Of a DNA stretch of 64,000 nucleotides, positions 13,522 through 25,338 are shown piece after piece; the first letter of the stretch is position 1, and the number at the start of each line of letters is the position of its first letter. The notes beneath the pieces are model-generated. The model ran no database searches. It had not been told where the DNA came from and was given only the letters and a program-made list of their open reading frames with translations. Origin of the DNA: Octopus vulgaris. Lineage: Eukaryota. Location: the NCBI GenBank assembly GCA_951406725.2, contig OX597820.1:81592001-81656000 (forward strand), in the 5' to 3' direction. The position numbers and the translations under genes are program-made.

Positions 13522-13525
<4 letters not shown>

Positions 13526-13890
13526 AATCCAGACCAGTTTGCGGATCGAATATCTCCAGCAATTATAGACAGTCCTACTTCCTCTAACGAGTATTACGAC
13601 CTCTCATAGAAATGTCCCCAGATGTCAATTTGAGCACGAAGATCTCAATAAAATCAGTATTTGTAACCAATCCAACGACCTCACAGGCTGTGCAGTGGGT
13701 AGTATGGATGTGATTTCACTCTACCCATTTATAAGACTTAGATTTTGCTGTGGAGAAAGGCATGGAGATAATCTGTGAGAGTGAAGTAGAGTTTCGTGAA
13801 GTCAACACGAGGGGATTGGACATCCTCCTTAGATTAAGCTACGACAGTGACTATATAGACGACCATGGCCTCAGTAGATTCTGCCCCACA
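13522..13890 (+). mobile_element. Penelope-like reverse transcriptase fragment
   Basis: 'AVGSMDVISLYPFI' and 'IICESEVEFREVN..GLSRFCP' resemble the PLE RT motif-3 region. Confidence 0.6.
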
Positions 13891-14176
13891 ATATTATTTT
13901 ACACATATTTAAACATAGTTTAAAATACCCACGTATGCAATAATTGTATCCGAGGTAGACTTTTCCATATCGGCATAAATAGCGGCTTATTTGTGTTGAA
14001 AGGAACATATAAATCGAAAGATATCTTATAGACACATGAAATAACGAGTGTATATTTTTGTATTTGTAAAGTTCATACCATGCTCTGATTGTGAAAATCA
14101 TACTGTTACTCAATAGTGAGAGGGTATATGAAGTGTTAATATATTGAAATATATATGAATACGTATCTTATCAACG

Positions 14177-14830
14177 ATACGTACACATATACTATTCAAT
14201 ATATTAACACTTCATACACCTCCTGCTCACTACTTGACAATCAGAGCATGACATGAACTTTACTGACACAAAATATACATGTATTATTTCATGTGACTAT
14301 GAAGATATCTTTCGATTTATATGCTCCAATCAACATAAGGCACTATTTATGCAAATATGGAGAGTACCTTGGATACAATTATTATTACTTGGTTGGATTA
14401 TGCCGATTATTTACCTGAGTAATAGCGGAAAGTTTTCAGCATTTTATACTTTCAAGAAGTGATAAGACACACATATCCAAGAGAGTAATTCTTTACCGGC
14501 TACGAGTACTTCAAAGCTTTCTACAGTGCGAATCCTACAATCATATTTATCCTTCGTGTATACGGCCGTTATTGCTACTGTGATCCAATTGAGTTTAAAA
14601 CTAATGGTTTTGTATTTCAGATCCTATATGTATTCAGCAAGCAAAATTGCATTAGATAACTTTTTGTTAATAAAGGTGTGCCCATAGATCACATATTAGG
14701 ACTTAAAACTATTTGATATGGAACCTGTATAATATTTAATGACTTTTGGTGTTGCTTCCTTCGCATCTATATTGTAGGAGAGGCAATTAGTTGGTATTCT
14801 ACAGTTACATTTGCGTGAGTGATGTGGTGA
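14177..14830 (-). mobile_element. Penelope-like (Naiad-type) 3' relic: GIY-YIG endonuclease plus terminal repeat
   Basis: Minus strand 'KCNCRIPTNC' (CxCx5C), 'KYYTGSISNSFKS', 'LAEYI*DLK', 'LNW'; terminal repeat mirrored at 13936-14167. Confidence 0.7.
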
Positions 14831-14834
14831 GCTG

Positions 14835-15985
14835 GCATTTCCAAGTTATGCTGATTATTGCTATACACCTAGATTGTAGGATATTTCTAAAGTTTCCAGA
14901 TGTTTCTTCAGTTGGGTGGTAGTGAATCCAATGCTACGATGACAATAAGGACAACCCCTATGTTTGACTCTCGTAGCTGCCACATCTTAGCGATCTCAAT
15001 TCTCAGGTCCCCATATTTATTAATCTTTTCTCTTTCTTTCATATGTTGATTTCCTGGCACTGCCACGTCGATTATTAGGCACTCTTCTTTGTCTCTCCTG
15101 AAGGTTACTATATCCGGCCTTCGGTGTTCTTACACCTTGTTAGTCGGGAAGTCAAAGTCCCAGAGGTTTTCCGGCGTATGTTGATACCAAGCACCCGTAA
15201 CCTCAAATCCATACTTCCGACATAGTAGCTAGTGAAGGTTTGAAGCTACCAAGTCGAGTTTGCGCTCGTACTCTTTCTGCGCAAGACTTTCACAAGCACT
15301 AACAATCTGAGTCACGCTTTCAACCCTCTTCCCACACACTCTGCAGAGATTCGTTGCACTTGTGTGGTATATATCCCTTCTCACTGAGTTTGTATTCAAT
15401 ACCTGATCCTGAGTAGCGATGATTAGGCTTCCAGTATTCTTTTTTAGGTCACCTTTGCTGAGCCACCTCCGTGACACTTCCTGGTCTTTTAAGTTGTTAG
15501 TTTCACGATGGGACTGACCATGTAATTCCATGCGGATTAGGGTTTCTTCTCTCTCGTTGGCGGTCCGTGATCAGAATTCATGAGCACTCTCAAGTTCATT
15601 TTTGGTAAATCCTTCTGCATTAGCAGCATAGTGTAGTAGGTCTTATTTACTGTTTACCAAATATTCTGCCATGTTTCTTCTTTCATTGTTGATACACCGC
15701 AGTACGATAATCATCCCACGTCAACTTTTACCCCTCTTCATGAAGAGCCTGTGTACATTTGCCTTAGGGTGGAGGGCACCATGCATTGCCATTGTCTTTC
15801 GGGTAGTGCAAAAGAGTTGGTTAATCTCCGCTCGTATCCATTGCAGGATGGGTGCATTATAGTGAACTACAGTAACAACCCATATGTTGATGGCAGTCAC
15901 AAGGTTTCTTGAGCTGAGTCTTGATTTCAAGAGATGTTTGAGGCGCTTGAAATATGCAGTGATGACCTTGTCTTTCATTTCTCTG
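14835..15985 (-). mobile_element. R4/Dong-clade non-LTR retrotransposon, 3' fragment
   Basis: 'LKSRLSSRNLVTAIN', 'LHPKANVHRLF', 'IIATQDQVLNT', CCHC-like 'CRVCGKRVESVTQIVSAC', restriction-like endonuclease 'RPDIV...CLIIDVAVP'. Confidence 0.9.
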
Positions 15986-16350
15986 TTCGCGACATGATGA
16001 TCTCATATCAAGATAAATAGCACCTGACCTTGCAGGTGGAGCCCAGTTAGTATTTTCGTCAGGTCGAGTAGCCCCCCGCCCCGCTCAAATGGTCCCTGAA
16101 TAAGGGTTGTTTAAGGATGTTAAACGAAACACCCATGATTCCAGAGGTGAATTATCCAAACGTCAACGAATTTCTCTCAATACATGGCTATGATGCTCCC
16201 CCCACTACTTCTGATCGTGATCAGAGATGCACATATCGTCAGCCACTAAGGGACATACTCAACTAGTTAAAGTCAACGACTGACATGACAAGAAAAAACA
16301 ATGTACATGATATCACTTCCAATCAGTTAAGATGAAAAGCAATGAAAACT
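15986..16350 (-). repeat. Unclassified interspersed repeat (family C)
   Basis: Overlaps 721-870 in reverse complement. Confidence 0.6.
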
Positions 16351-16384
16351 ACTGCCTAGTACTGAATCAGAGCATAGTACTTGA

Positions 16385-16424
16385 TATTATTATTATTATT
16401 GTGATGATTATTATTATTATTGTG

Positions 16425-16483
<59 letters not shown>

Positions 16484-16491
16484 CATTATTA

Positions 16492-16558
<67 letters not shown>

Positions 16559-16642
16559 TATTATTCTATGTTTGACTTTTGCTTTATATTTGTACAAGTT
16601 GGCTCCAAGTCTCACCCAGAGACCTCAAGAGACAACAGGGTT

Positions 16643-16709
<67 letters not shown>

Positions 16710-16759
16710 CACTATTATAATTTTATTATTATTATTATTATAATTTTATTATTATTATA

Positions 16760-16818
<59 letters not shown>

Positions 16819-16834
16819 TATTATTATTATTATT
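16385..16834. repeat. Interrupted (TTA)n microsatellites
   Basis: Direct reading. Confidence 0.95.
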
Positions 16835-18359
16835 GAGTTCTACTCACGTGGCAAATGAAGTATAAAAGAGATATTGTCTGCAAAAATTAGAAATAGGACA
16901 CAAAAATGTGATGTAATGCAACGTTTCGTATGTGTTTCTAATAAATATACAGTTACAATTGGGCTATAATTAAAACAAGATATTGTTTCGCTGTGGTTAC
17001 AATAAAGGCATCGATTTTATTAGATTTAATATTTCAACATTCAGTAACACCTCTTACTATATGAACATATACACACATAAATATACGTGTATATCTATAT
17101 ATAAATATATAAATATGCAAATATATATATATATGCATTAATGTGCATACACGTGTGTGTATGTGCATGCACGTGTGTGCATGTGTGTCTCGCTGTAACG
17201 TCTCTGTATGTTTATCTTTACACCTGTAAAAACCGCTGTTGAATGTCTATTTTAACTCTGTGTGTCATAATCCCTGATTAATCAAAATAAGTTCTGAACT
17301 GAAATATATATTGGGATTGATGGTGGGGTTAATACATGTTCTATCTTTTACGTACAGTAAGAAGTTTTCAAGGATGTGGCTGTTATTTTTAGGAGACGGA
17401 CCGACCAGCTCCTAGCATGGACTAATGTATCCATATCTATGCTGCATATGCTGTCAGTTAGCTTTGAAGAAATGTCTTTCTAGTAGTGACCATCAGTTTA
17501 ATATCCAGTGTAGTATTTGAAGACAGAATAGCTGTTCTTTCTGGCATATTGATAAAACCTACGGCAGAGTAGTGTAGTGGCAGTGAAAATGTGGATGGGG
17601 TTCAGTTGAAGATGGTGTAACAAAATATGTTATTCAGCGTTTTGATGAATTAAAGTATGTTTACACCGCCGCCTCGCAACACCTCTACCTCCCAATACTT
17701 CTACACCTCTTTTTCCCAACACTCCCACACGTTCTCTTCTTACCTCCGCCTCTCATCCCCTTCCACAACTCCATATCCTCCCAACACCCTCCACACTTAC
17801 TCCTCCCATCACCTTCTCACCCCCACTCACCCCTGTACACAATCACCAACCAATCCACCCGAAATGAGAAAACCAGGAATAAACTGACACTTTTATTGTT
17901 TGTTGTTGTTTTTTTTTGGTGGAGGGGAGCTGGGTGGATAGGAAGGGTAGGTGGTTGACTGATAATAGGTAGTGTGTGGGTGGGTACTGGTGAGAGGTGG
18001 GGGAAAGTTTTATGAATAGCATCCAGAAATACTGAGAATGTACCACAAAATGGTATATACACATACAAATATTCATATATCCCCATATGCTTATACACTC
18101 ACATTCATAAACACACATACTCGCGCACACAAAAAATACACACACTTACACATACATACACACAATATGAAATAAAACATAATTGAGAGAAATGTTTTTC
18201 TTCAACTTCCCTCCATTTATCCTTTCGTCCATTTTATTCTTTCTTTAATTTTTTTTCTGGAGGAAGAAGAGAATAAGGGGAAAACGAATGGATACGAATA
18301 AAAACAGCTCGGATTCTGTGCTTTTCCAACCTTCTTCCAGTTTTTGCAACCACAGTTGA

Positions 18360-18830
18360 CTAGAAGCCTAACGTTATTTTCAGGTTGGAGTGTCATGTCA
18401 TTTGCAAGTGCTGGACCAATAGATTTCCTCACATACATATTATCGCAGGGGAATCTAATAATTAATGGCTGATGATTATCACATAAATATATTCTTTTCA
18501 CTAACCTGGATCCCATAGAAAATCTATGGAATATTAAATGAATATGGCAAACTTGTGTCCTGGAAATCGTTACGAGGTAAAGACTACATACCAGAGGGCG
18601 GACGCTCTCCTACCCTGATGTAATCTCCAGGGATACAGGCATCCAGCAACAGGACCTCCGTTATGCTATGATGGACCGTGAGGTCTGGCGTAACATAGTA
18701 AATTCCATTGTCTCGACCACGGTCGAACAATGATGATGATAATGACTACATTTGAGAAAACCTGAATTGTTGCCACGATATATTTAAGTAGTCATTGATG
18801 CCAAATTTTGTGATTTTGTAATCAATTTCC
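18360..18830 (+). mobile_element. Highly degraded Tc1-like relic, interrupted by an RTE 3' end
   Basis: 'NLDPIENLWNI' near 18503-18537 resembles SPDLNPIENLW; 'VVIDAK' near 18790. Confidence 0.4.
18590..18743 (+). mobile_element. 5'-truncated RTE/RTE-X LINE end with TSD
   Basis: 'RGRTLSYPDVISRDTG...AMMDREVWRNIV', (TGA)n tail, GACTACAT duplicated at 18582-18589 and 18744-18751. Confidence 0.8.
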
Positions 18831-19431
18831 CTAAACGATATGTGACCAGAACAATCGAAAAACAAATGACATATTCAGAGAGTCAGTCAGCCAAAATACT
18901 AGACGGGCAAAATCAAGTGACGTCATTAAATGCATATCCAATCAGAACTTGAACCTTCACCTTAAAAAACGTATATACAAAGTAATTTTAGCTTAAGACA
19001 GTTCAAACAGTCACCGGCAACACCAGCGACGAAGAATCGTCCTACATGCACTAGAAAAGAAATTGTAAAATCTTTTTGCTTTCTTTTCTATTTTTTCTTA
19101 CTCTTTAAAAAATTTCATGGTATCTAATTGTTAATACTACTGAATGCCACGGATCCTTTAATCGTATGAAGTTCATCGAATATTTGAATTCCTATTACTG
19201 TCTACCAGTGTGAAACTTATTGAATATTTGAATTTGTATGAACATTTGATCTTTTTAGCAAGTTATTCTGAATTTCCTTTGTAACTTCAATCTCTCCTAA
19301 ACTGTTTTTGATTTATCATTGAAAAGCAAAATAGTGTCGGAACTAGTTTAATATACTAATAAATCTGTTAAAAAGTTTTTAATTTAACACACGTTTTTAG
19401 GCTCAGGTGCATTTTTGAAACCTCAAACCAA

Positions 19432-19462
<31 letters not shown>

Positions 19463-19603
19463 ATACATACATACGTGTATATGTGTGCGTGTGTGTGTGT
19501 TAGAATATAAGTATATGTACGAATGGACGTGAGTATATATGTGTGTGTGTATGTGTGTGTGTGCGTGGTATATTAGAATATATGTACGTATAGATATGAA
19601 AAT

Positions 19604-19638
<35 letters not shown>

Positions 19639-19719
19639 AGTCTTTGTGCGTGTGTATACACACTCCTATTCACATATGCATATAGGTATAGTTTAATATA
19701 TATGTTTAATTATATATAA

Positions 19720-20736
19720 CTAGCATTAAAGACCCGTCGTTGCCGGGTCATAGTGCTAGTGTATGTATATATGTGTATATATATGTGTGTACATATTACA
19801 TGTACATCTATATATATATATACATCTACACATAAAATACAAAATACAAAGTTATATCTTGCTATCGCTAGTGATAACAATACTCAAAATGTATAACAGA
19901 CTGGAATTGTTAGCCCGTCTCTTGTAATTTCGATCAATTGTATCTTGTCCTCCCTCTTGTATAGAAGTGTGGCTACAATCCAGCCTACCTCTACTTCTTT
20001 GGGGCATTTAACATTTTTTTCCGGGACGTGCTACGTCCAAGATATAAAAGTAAAAATAAAATATTTACACTTTGCAAGTTCGAGTCGAGTACTCCCTTGC
20101 ACGCTCCGTTGACTCGAACCTTGCTTCTATTGTGGCGAATTTACCGCCTCTGATTAGATACCTTTCATAGTCGCACCAAGACACTTTTCGAAGGTGCTTT
20201 GCTCCATGTGTTCAAATCTTTTTTCTCTACATTATATACTTTATAGACAATAGTCTTTTCTTTAATTTAATTTTTTATTATCCATCTGGACTATTCCATT
20301 TCTGCACGCTAATTTTATTTTTAATTTATTCCCATTCATGTGAAACCACTTATTCAAGTTCAAATCATTGATGCAATTTTGTCCCAATTGCTATTTTTAC
20401 TTTTGTTATGTTACTTTAGTTTGATTTTAATTATTACTTGCAACATATAATTAAATTGTTATTATTATTTTTATTGTTAAGTGATAGTATCTCACATAAA
20501 ATAGAGAAACGTTTTTGTTTCACTTTTAACACGTAATACTGAAATAGTGGAGAAGATATGATATTGCTATGGGCTCGCTCTACGCAAGAAGTTGAACATT
20601 TTATTTGCCCATGAAACTACATGGACCCTAAGTAAGGCATGTGTAAACTTTGAATGAAATAGGTTGTGTAGTTCTCAAGTTTTAGGGAAACACACAGACA
20701 GACAGACACACATTCTCAGTTTTATATATATAAAGA
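19720..20736 (-). mobile_element. Non-autonomous Helitron
   Basis: Minus strand starts TC(TTTATATATATAAAA..CTGTCTGTCTG) and ends CTAG; subterminal hairpin GACCCG..CGGGTC (19731-19749); lies between A and T with no TSD. Confidence 0.85.
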
Positions 20737-20944
20737 TTATATAATCATACACATATTCACATGTAGGTTGACAAACAGAAATGTCTGTCTAAAATCATAA
20801 GTGGATACATATGGACTTAGAAACAAATATACTCAAGCAGAGATAAATGGACAGATTAGCTCATACATACAAATGTAGACACAGTGAGAAACAATTACGT
20901 ACACAGTGACATACACATATGAATATATAGACATACATTTAAGT

Positions 20945-21265
20945 GCATAGTTCCGGGTTCAGTCCCACTGTGTGGTAACTTGGGCAAGCGTCTTCTGCTA
21001 TAGCCTCGACCTGACCAAAGCCTTGTGAGTGGATTTGGTAGAGGTAAGCTGAATGAAGTCCGTTGTATATATATATTCGTCATGCTTGACCTCTTAATCT
21101 ACGAGTTTTTTTCTCATTCTCTCACTGTTTATTTTCCCTTTTTCCTTTCTGTTGAAGAGCGTAGGCTCGAAACGTAAGAGACTTTTCATTTTCCTGAGCG
21201 TCAAAGTAATACACCTGGTTGTTGCTCATAGACCTGTCTTCGTCTGTTGTTTTCCGATAAATTTC

Positions 21266-21320
<55 letters not shown>

Positions 21321-21440
21321 AGAGTAAACAGAAATATATTTAAATATATCAAAATAAGGATAAGCGGTTCGGCAAAAGAGACTGATAGAATAAACACCAG
21401 GCTTAAAATGATAAGTACTTGGATTAATGTATTTGATAAA
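20945..21440 (+). mobile_element. SINE family A, fragmented, interrupted at its internal microsatellite
   Basis: 5' part 20945-21065 and 3' part 21361-21440 flank the HHR-bearing insert. Confidence 0.7.
21145..21180 (+). ncRNA. Minimal hammerhead-like motif with variant core (CUGUUGA)
   Basis: CTTT-CTGTTGA-A-GAGC-GTAG-GCTC-GAAA-CG-TA-AGAG; related decayed copy at 29638-29663. Confidence 0.55.
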
Positions 21441-21719
21441 TAGGTTAAAGAGCGTCAGTGTTATTGAAAGTTCCTAGTTGGGGAAAAATGGTAAGAGACT
21501 TACCATTTTCTTATTGAATTGTGAACAGTGTAAAAGGTTTGTTGCCTCATGAATAATATATGAGATCAATGTTCTCGAGATACGACGATCGGCGGGCGTC
21601 GGTGTTTCTCCTATTAATCATCATTTTCATTTTTCATTTCATATAACATTATGTCTATGTTCAGCCCGCAACTTCCTTTCCCTAAGTAAGGCCTTTATGG
21701 CCAATATAATAAAATAAAG

Positions 21720-22050
21720 AAGCTTGGTTCCTAACCACATGGTTCTGGGTTCAGTCCCACTGCGTGGCACCTTGGGTATGTGTCTTCTACTATAACCTCG
21801 GGCCGACTAAAGCCTTGTGAATGGATTTTGTTAACGGAAACTAAAAGAAGCCCGTCGTATATATATACATATATATGTATGTGTGTGTGTGTGTATGTGT
21901 GTGTTTGTATTTCTGTGTTTCTCCCCGTAAACTAGCGGTTCGGCAAAAGAGACCGATAGATTAAGTGCTAGGGGCCGATTTTTTCGACAAAAGGCGGTGA
22001 TCCACCATGACCGCAGTTAAATGATTGAAAAAAGCAAATGAATAAAAGAA
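21720..22050 (+). mobile_element. SINE family A
   Basis: Head, internal (TA)/(TG) tract and tail present with deletions. Confidence 0.85.
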
Positions 22051-22372
22051 TACTAAGAGAAGAAAAAAAATCATCATTAAGAAAACAAAATATTATAATG
22101 AAGATTGAAATAATTGATCAAAATAATTTATAATGGCAAATTATAATAATTCTTTTTCATTTTGGCACAATGCCAGCAATTTGAGGCTATGATACGGGCA
22201 AGTCAATTACATCGCCCCCAGTACTCAGCTGATACTTACTTTGAATCCGAGGGGCTGAAAGTCAGCGGAATTTGAGCTCAAATGATATAGTAAAAGATAA
22301 AATGAGAAATAAAATAATAAGTTATCCTATTCCATTAGATTTCTTATATTTATTTTTCGAGTTGGTATTATT

Positions 22373-22740
22373 AAACGGTGAGCTTTTAAATTGTTAGCAC
22401 CCAGGAGAAAGTGCTAAGCGGTATTTCGTCTGACGCTAGGTTCTGAGTTCAAATTCCGCCGAGGTTGACTTTGCCTTTCATCCTTTCGGGCTTGATTAAA
22501 TAAGTACCAGTTACGCACTGGGGCCGATGTAATCGACTTAATCCGTTTGTCTGTCCTTGTTTGTCCTCTCTGTGTTTAGCCCCTTATGGGTAGTAAAGAA
22601 ATAGGTATTTCGTCTGTCTTTACATTTTGAGCTCAAACTTCGTTGCGGTTGACTTTGTCTTTCATCCTATCAACTAATGTGGTCGATGAAATCGACTTAC
22701 TCCACTCCCACACAATTTCAGGACATGTACCAATAGTAGA
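22373..22740 (+). mobile_element. SINE family B, one full and one partial copy in tandem
   Basis: Reverse complement of 35641-35873; GGTATTTCGTCTG..GTTGACTTTG repeated at about 22604-22665. Confidence 0.85.
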
Positions 22741-24328
22741 TGTAAGTGTTTGTTTATGATAATTAGAAAAACAAATAGAATAATTTAAATGCTGGCATTT
22801 AATAGCAATCTTATGTTTCCTATTATTAAAGAACTTGGATCACGTTTATAATCTTCGTGAGTAGATTAAAATATAATTCTTCCATCTTATTGATATATTG
22901 TATGGATTTTAGAGGAGATCATTCCAAGTTCTTTGTAAAGTTCTTCCACTTTACACTAAAAATGTATTTCGCAACAGAGGTTGAGTCTTTCAAGTTTCCA
23001 TTAGAAAATAAGTGAAATGTGAATATATTTCTTTAAAAATATTGCAGAAGATGAATCAAAGAAAAAATTCACTTTGAAACTTCAAAATAAGGCAATATTT
23101 AGCGCAGTGTGTAAACAGGTGATGGGACTGGCCTGTTTCATCGATAGATATGCTTAAAATGTATTCAAACTGCCCTCACGTCACAACTTGCCCTCTTAGA
23201 CACTGAGAATAACATAGTCTAGTGCAGTGGTTCCCAAACTATGAGTTGCAACCCACAAATGACTGAACGAAATGTCTACACATGAATTTCACCGAAGACA
23301 AAATTAATCTGAATCCACTAGGTATGAAAAAGCTGCCAAGATCTAAACATTAGAAGAATCGCTTTGAAGGTCAGTTTCCAGAGCAAAGGTGTAGGAAAGT
23401 GTACAAGCTTTGTCATGGCTTAAGTGTTACAAGTGCTTCTGTAAGTGTTACAAGTGATTCTGAATAAATGCAGGACGGATTACAACCTCTATAAAGTTGT
23501 ATTACTACAATCACCACTAAATTATTTCCTTTCAACTAATAGTGAATTGTTCAATTAAAACCATCACCTAATTGATTTAATACTACCACTGAGCAATAGA
23601 TTGGTAATTATAGTAGCAATAGATTGGTAATTAGGCACACTTCTAAGATCAGATCACCATAGCTTTGCGCTGCTTTTATAATAACCACAACTTAGCTGTG
23701 CTGTTACGGCCATTGTTTGGCGCTTTTATTACAAACACCACTGAAATATCTCGTTGCAAACGGTACTATGTTGTGTCACTACAGCTGTGAATGAAATCTC
23801 ACTTCAACTACCAACAGTGTCTCATTACAACCACAGCTGGCCAATGTCATTAAAATATTACTGAGTTGCTTCCTTACAACCTCATTACAACCAGCTTTTA
23901 GCTACAATTTGTCATTGGAAGCATTTGTCATTACAACCATGGGCGTAGGTCCATTATTACAACTACAACAGGTTATGTCAGAGCAGCACCAAGTGAAATA
24001 TCATTGCAGTCGCTACTGGAGATCAGGTTAGGTAACTGTTGTGCTTATTGAACGAAAAGCAGGGGTCCATGTCTGTACTCCTACTTGCAGACAAAAAGTT
24101 TGTCCTTTTCGTTAATGGCATGTTAACATACAAGAATTCTTGAATCTTAAAATTATCTCTCCTTCTCGGAGGTGATCATAATTGCAAGTTAGTATTGTAT
24201 GGTTTTACATAATTTCTTTTGTTTGCATATCCCAGCTCGTTAACCGATTTAACAAGTCTACTAATTAACGAAATGATCATAACCGAGTAAATATGTAATA
24301 CTTTCATTTTCATTCCATTTTGACGTCT

Positions 24329-24488
24329 ATACATACATACATACATACATACATACATACATACATACATACATACATACAAACACATACATACACAAAT
24401 ACATACATACATACATACATACATACACAAATACATACATACATACATACATACATACATACATACATACATACATACATACATACAT
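24329..24488. repeat. (TACA)n microsatellite
   Basis: Direct reading; abuts the 5' end of the R4-type element. Confidence 0.95.
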
Positions 24489-25226
24489 CAGCGCGAAGCG
24501 ACAAGTTGCGTATTTGGCGTGGGAGACTATCGAAAATACAATGAATACTACCTCCAGCTTTGGAGCCACAACTATCAACCTTGTTAAATAACTGGTTAAT
24601 CTTCAGATAAATTAGCTGAGGGAGCCATTTATTCACGATCGTAGTGATTTTCGATTGAAACTTGAATTTACCATGTAGAGAGTTACTACAGTCAACATGG
24701 GCAGACACAACATCAGCAACTACACACCGAGGAACAGAACGCAAACAACAGTTCGGCAGGTAAACAAATTCTTTCTAGCTGTAGTTATAGAAGAAACCGT
24801 AATTAAAAAACCCATTTTGCTTGGAGTTATGAATTGAATTCTGATTTATTTAACTGCTACAAAAGAGCGAACCAAAACCCCGCTTTTTGGATATATGAAT
24901 CGATTGAAATCATATTTGGTCGACCTGCATCCAGAATTAAATCATTTTACTGCGAAGCAACTACGCCAAGAAGCAACATTTGTGGAACATAAAAAGAAAG
25001 TTAGTGACTGTAACTTTATTTAAAAACAGACCTGAAATTAACATTCTACCCAACATTATGAACGAAAACGTAAATGGTATGAGAACACAACGTGGTTTCG
25101 CAGTTAGCGACATTCCAACAAATTCTATACTGCCTGCCAGCCAAGCTACATTACTAACTAAAATAACTGACCACTGTCCTCCTACTACGACTATGATAAA
25201 TAGAAGGCACAACCGTAACAATTATT

Positions 25227-25278
<52 letters not shown>

Positions 25279-25288
25279 CAGCAGCAGC

Positions 25289-25338
<50 letters not shown>

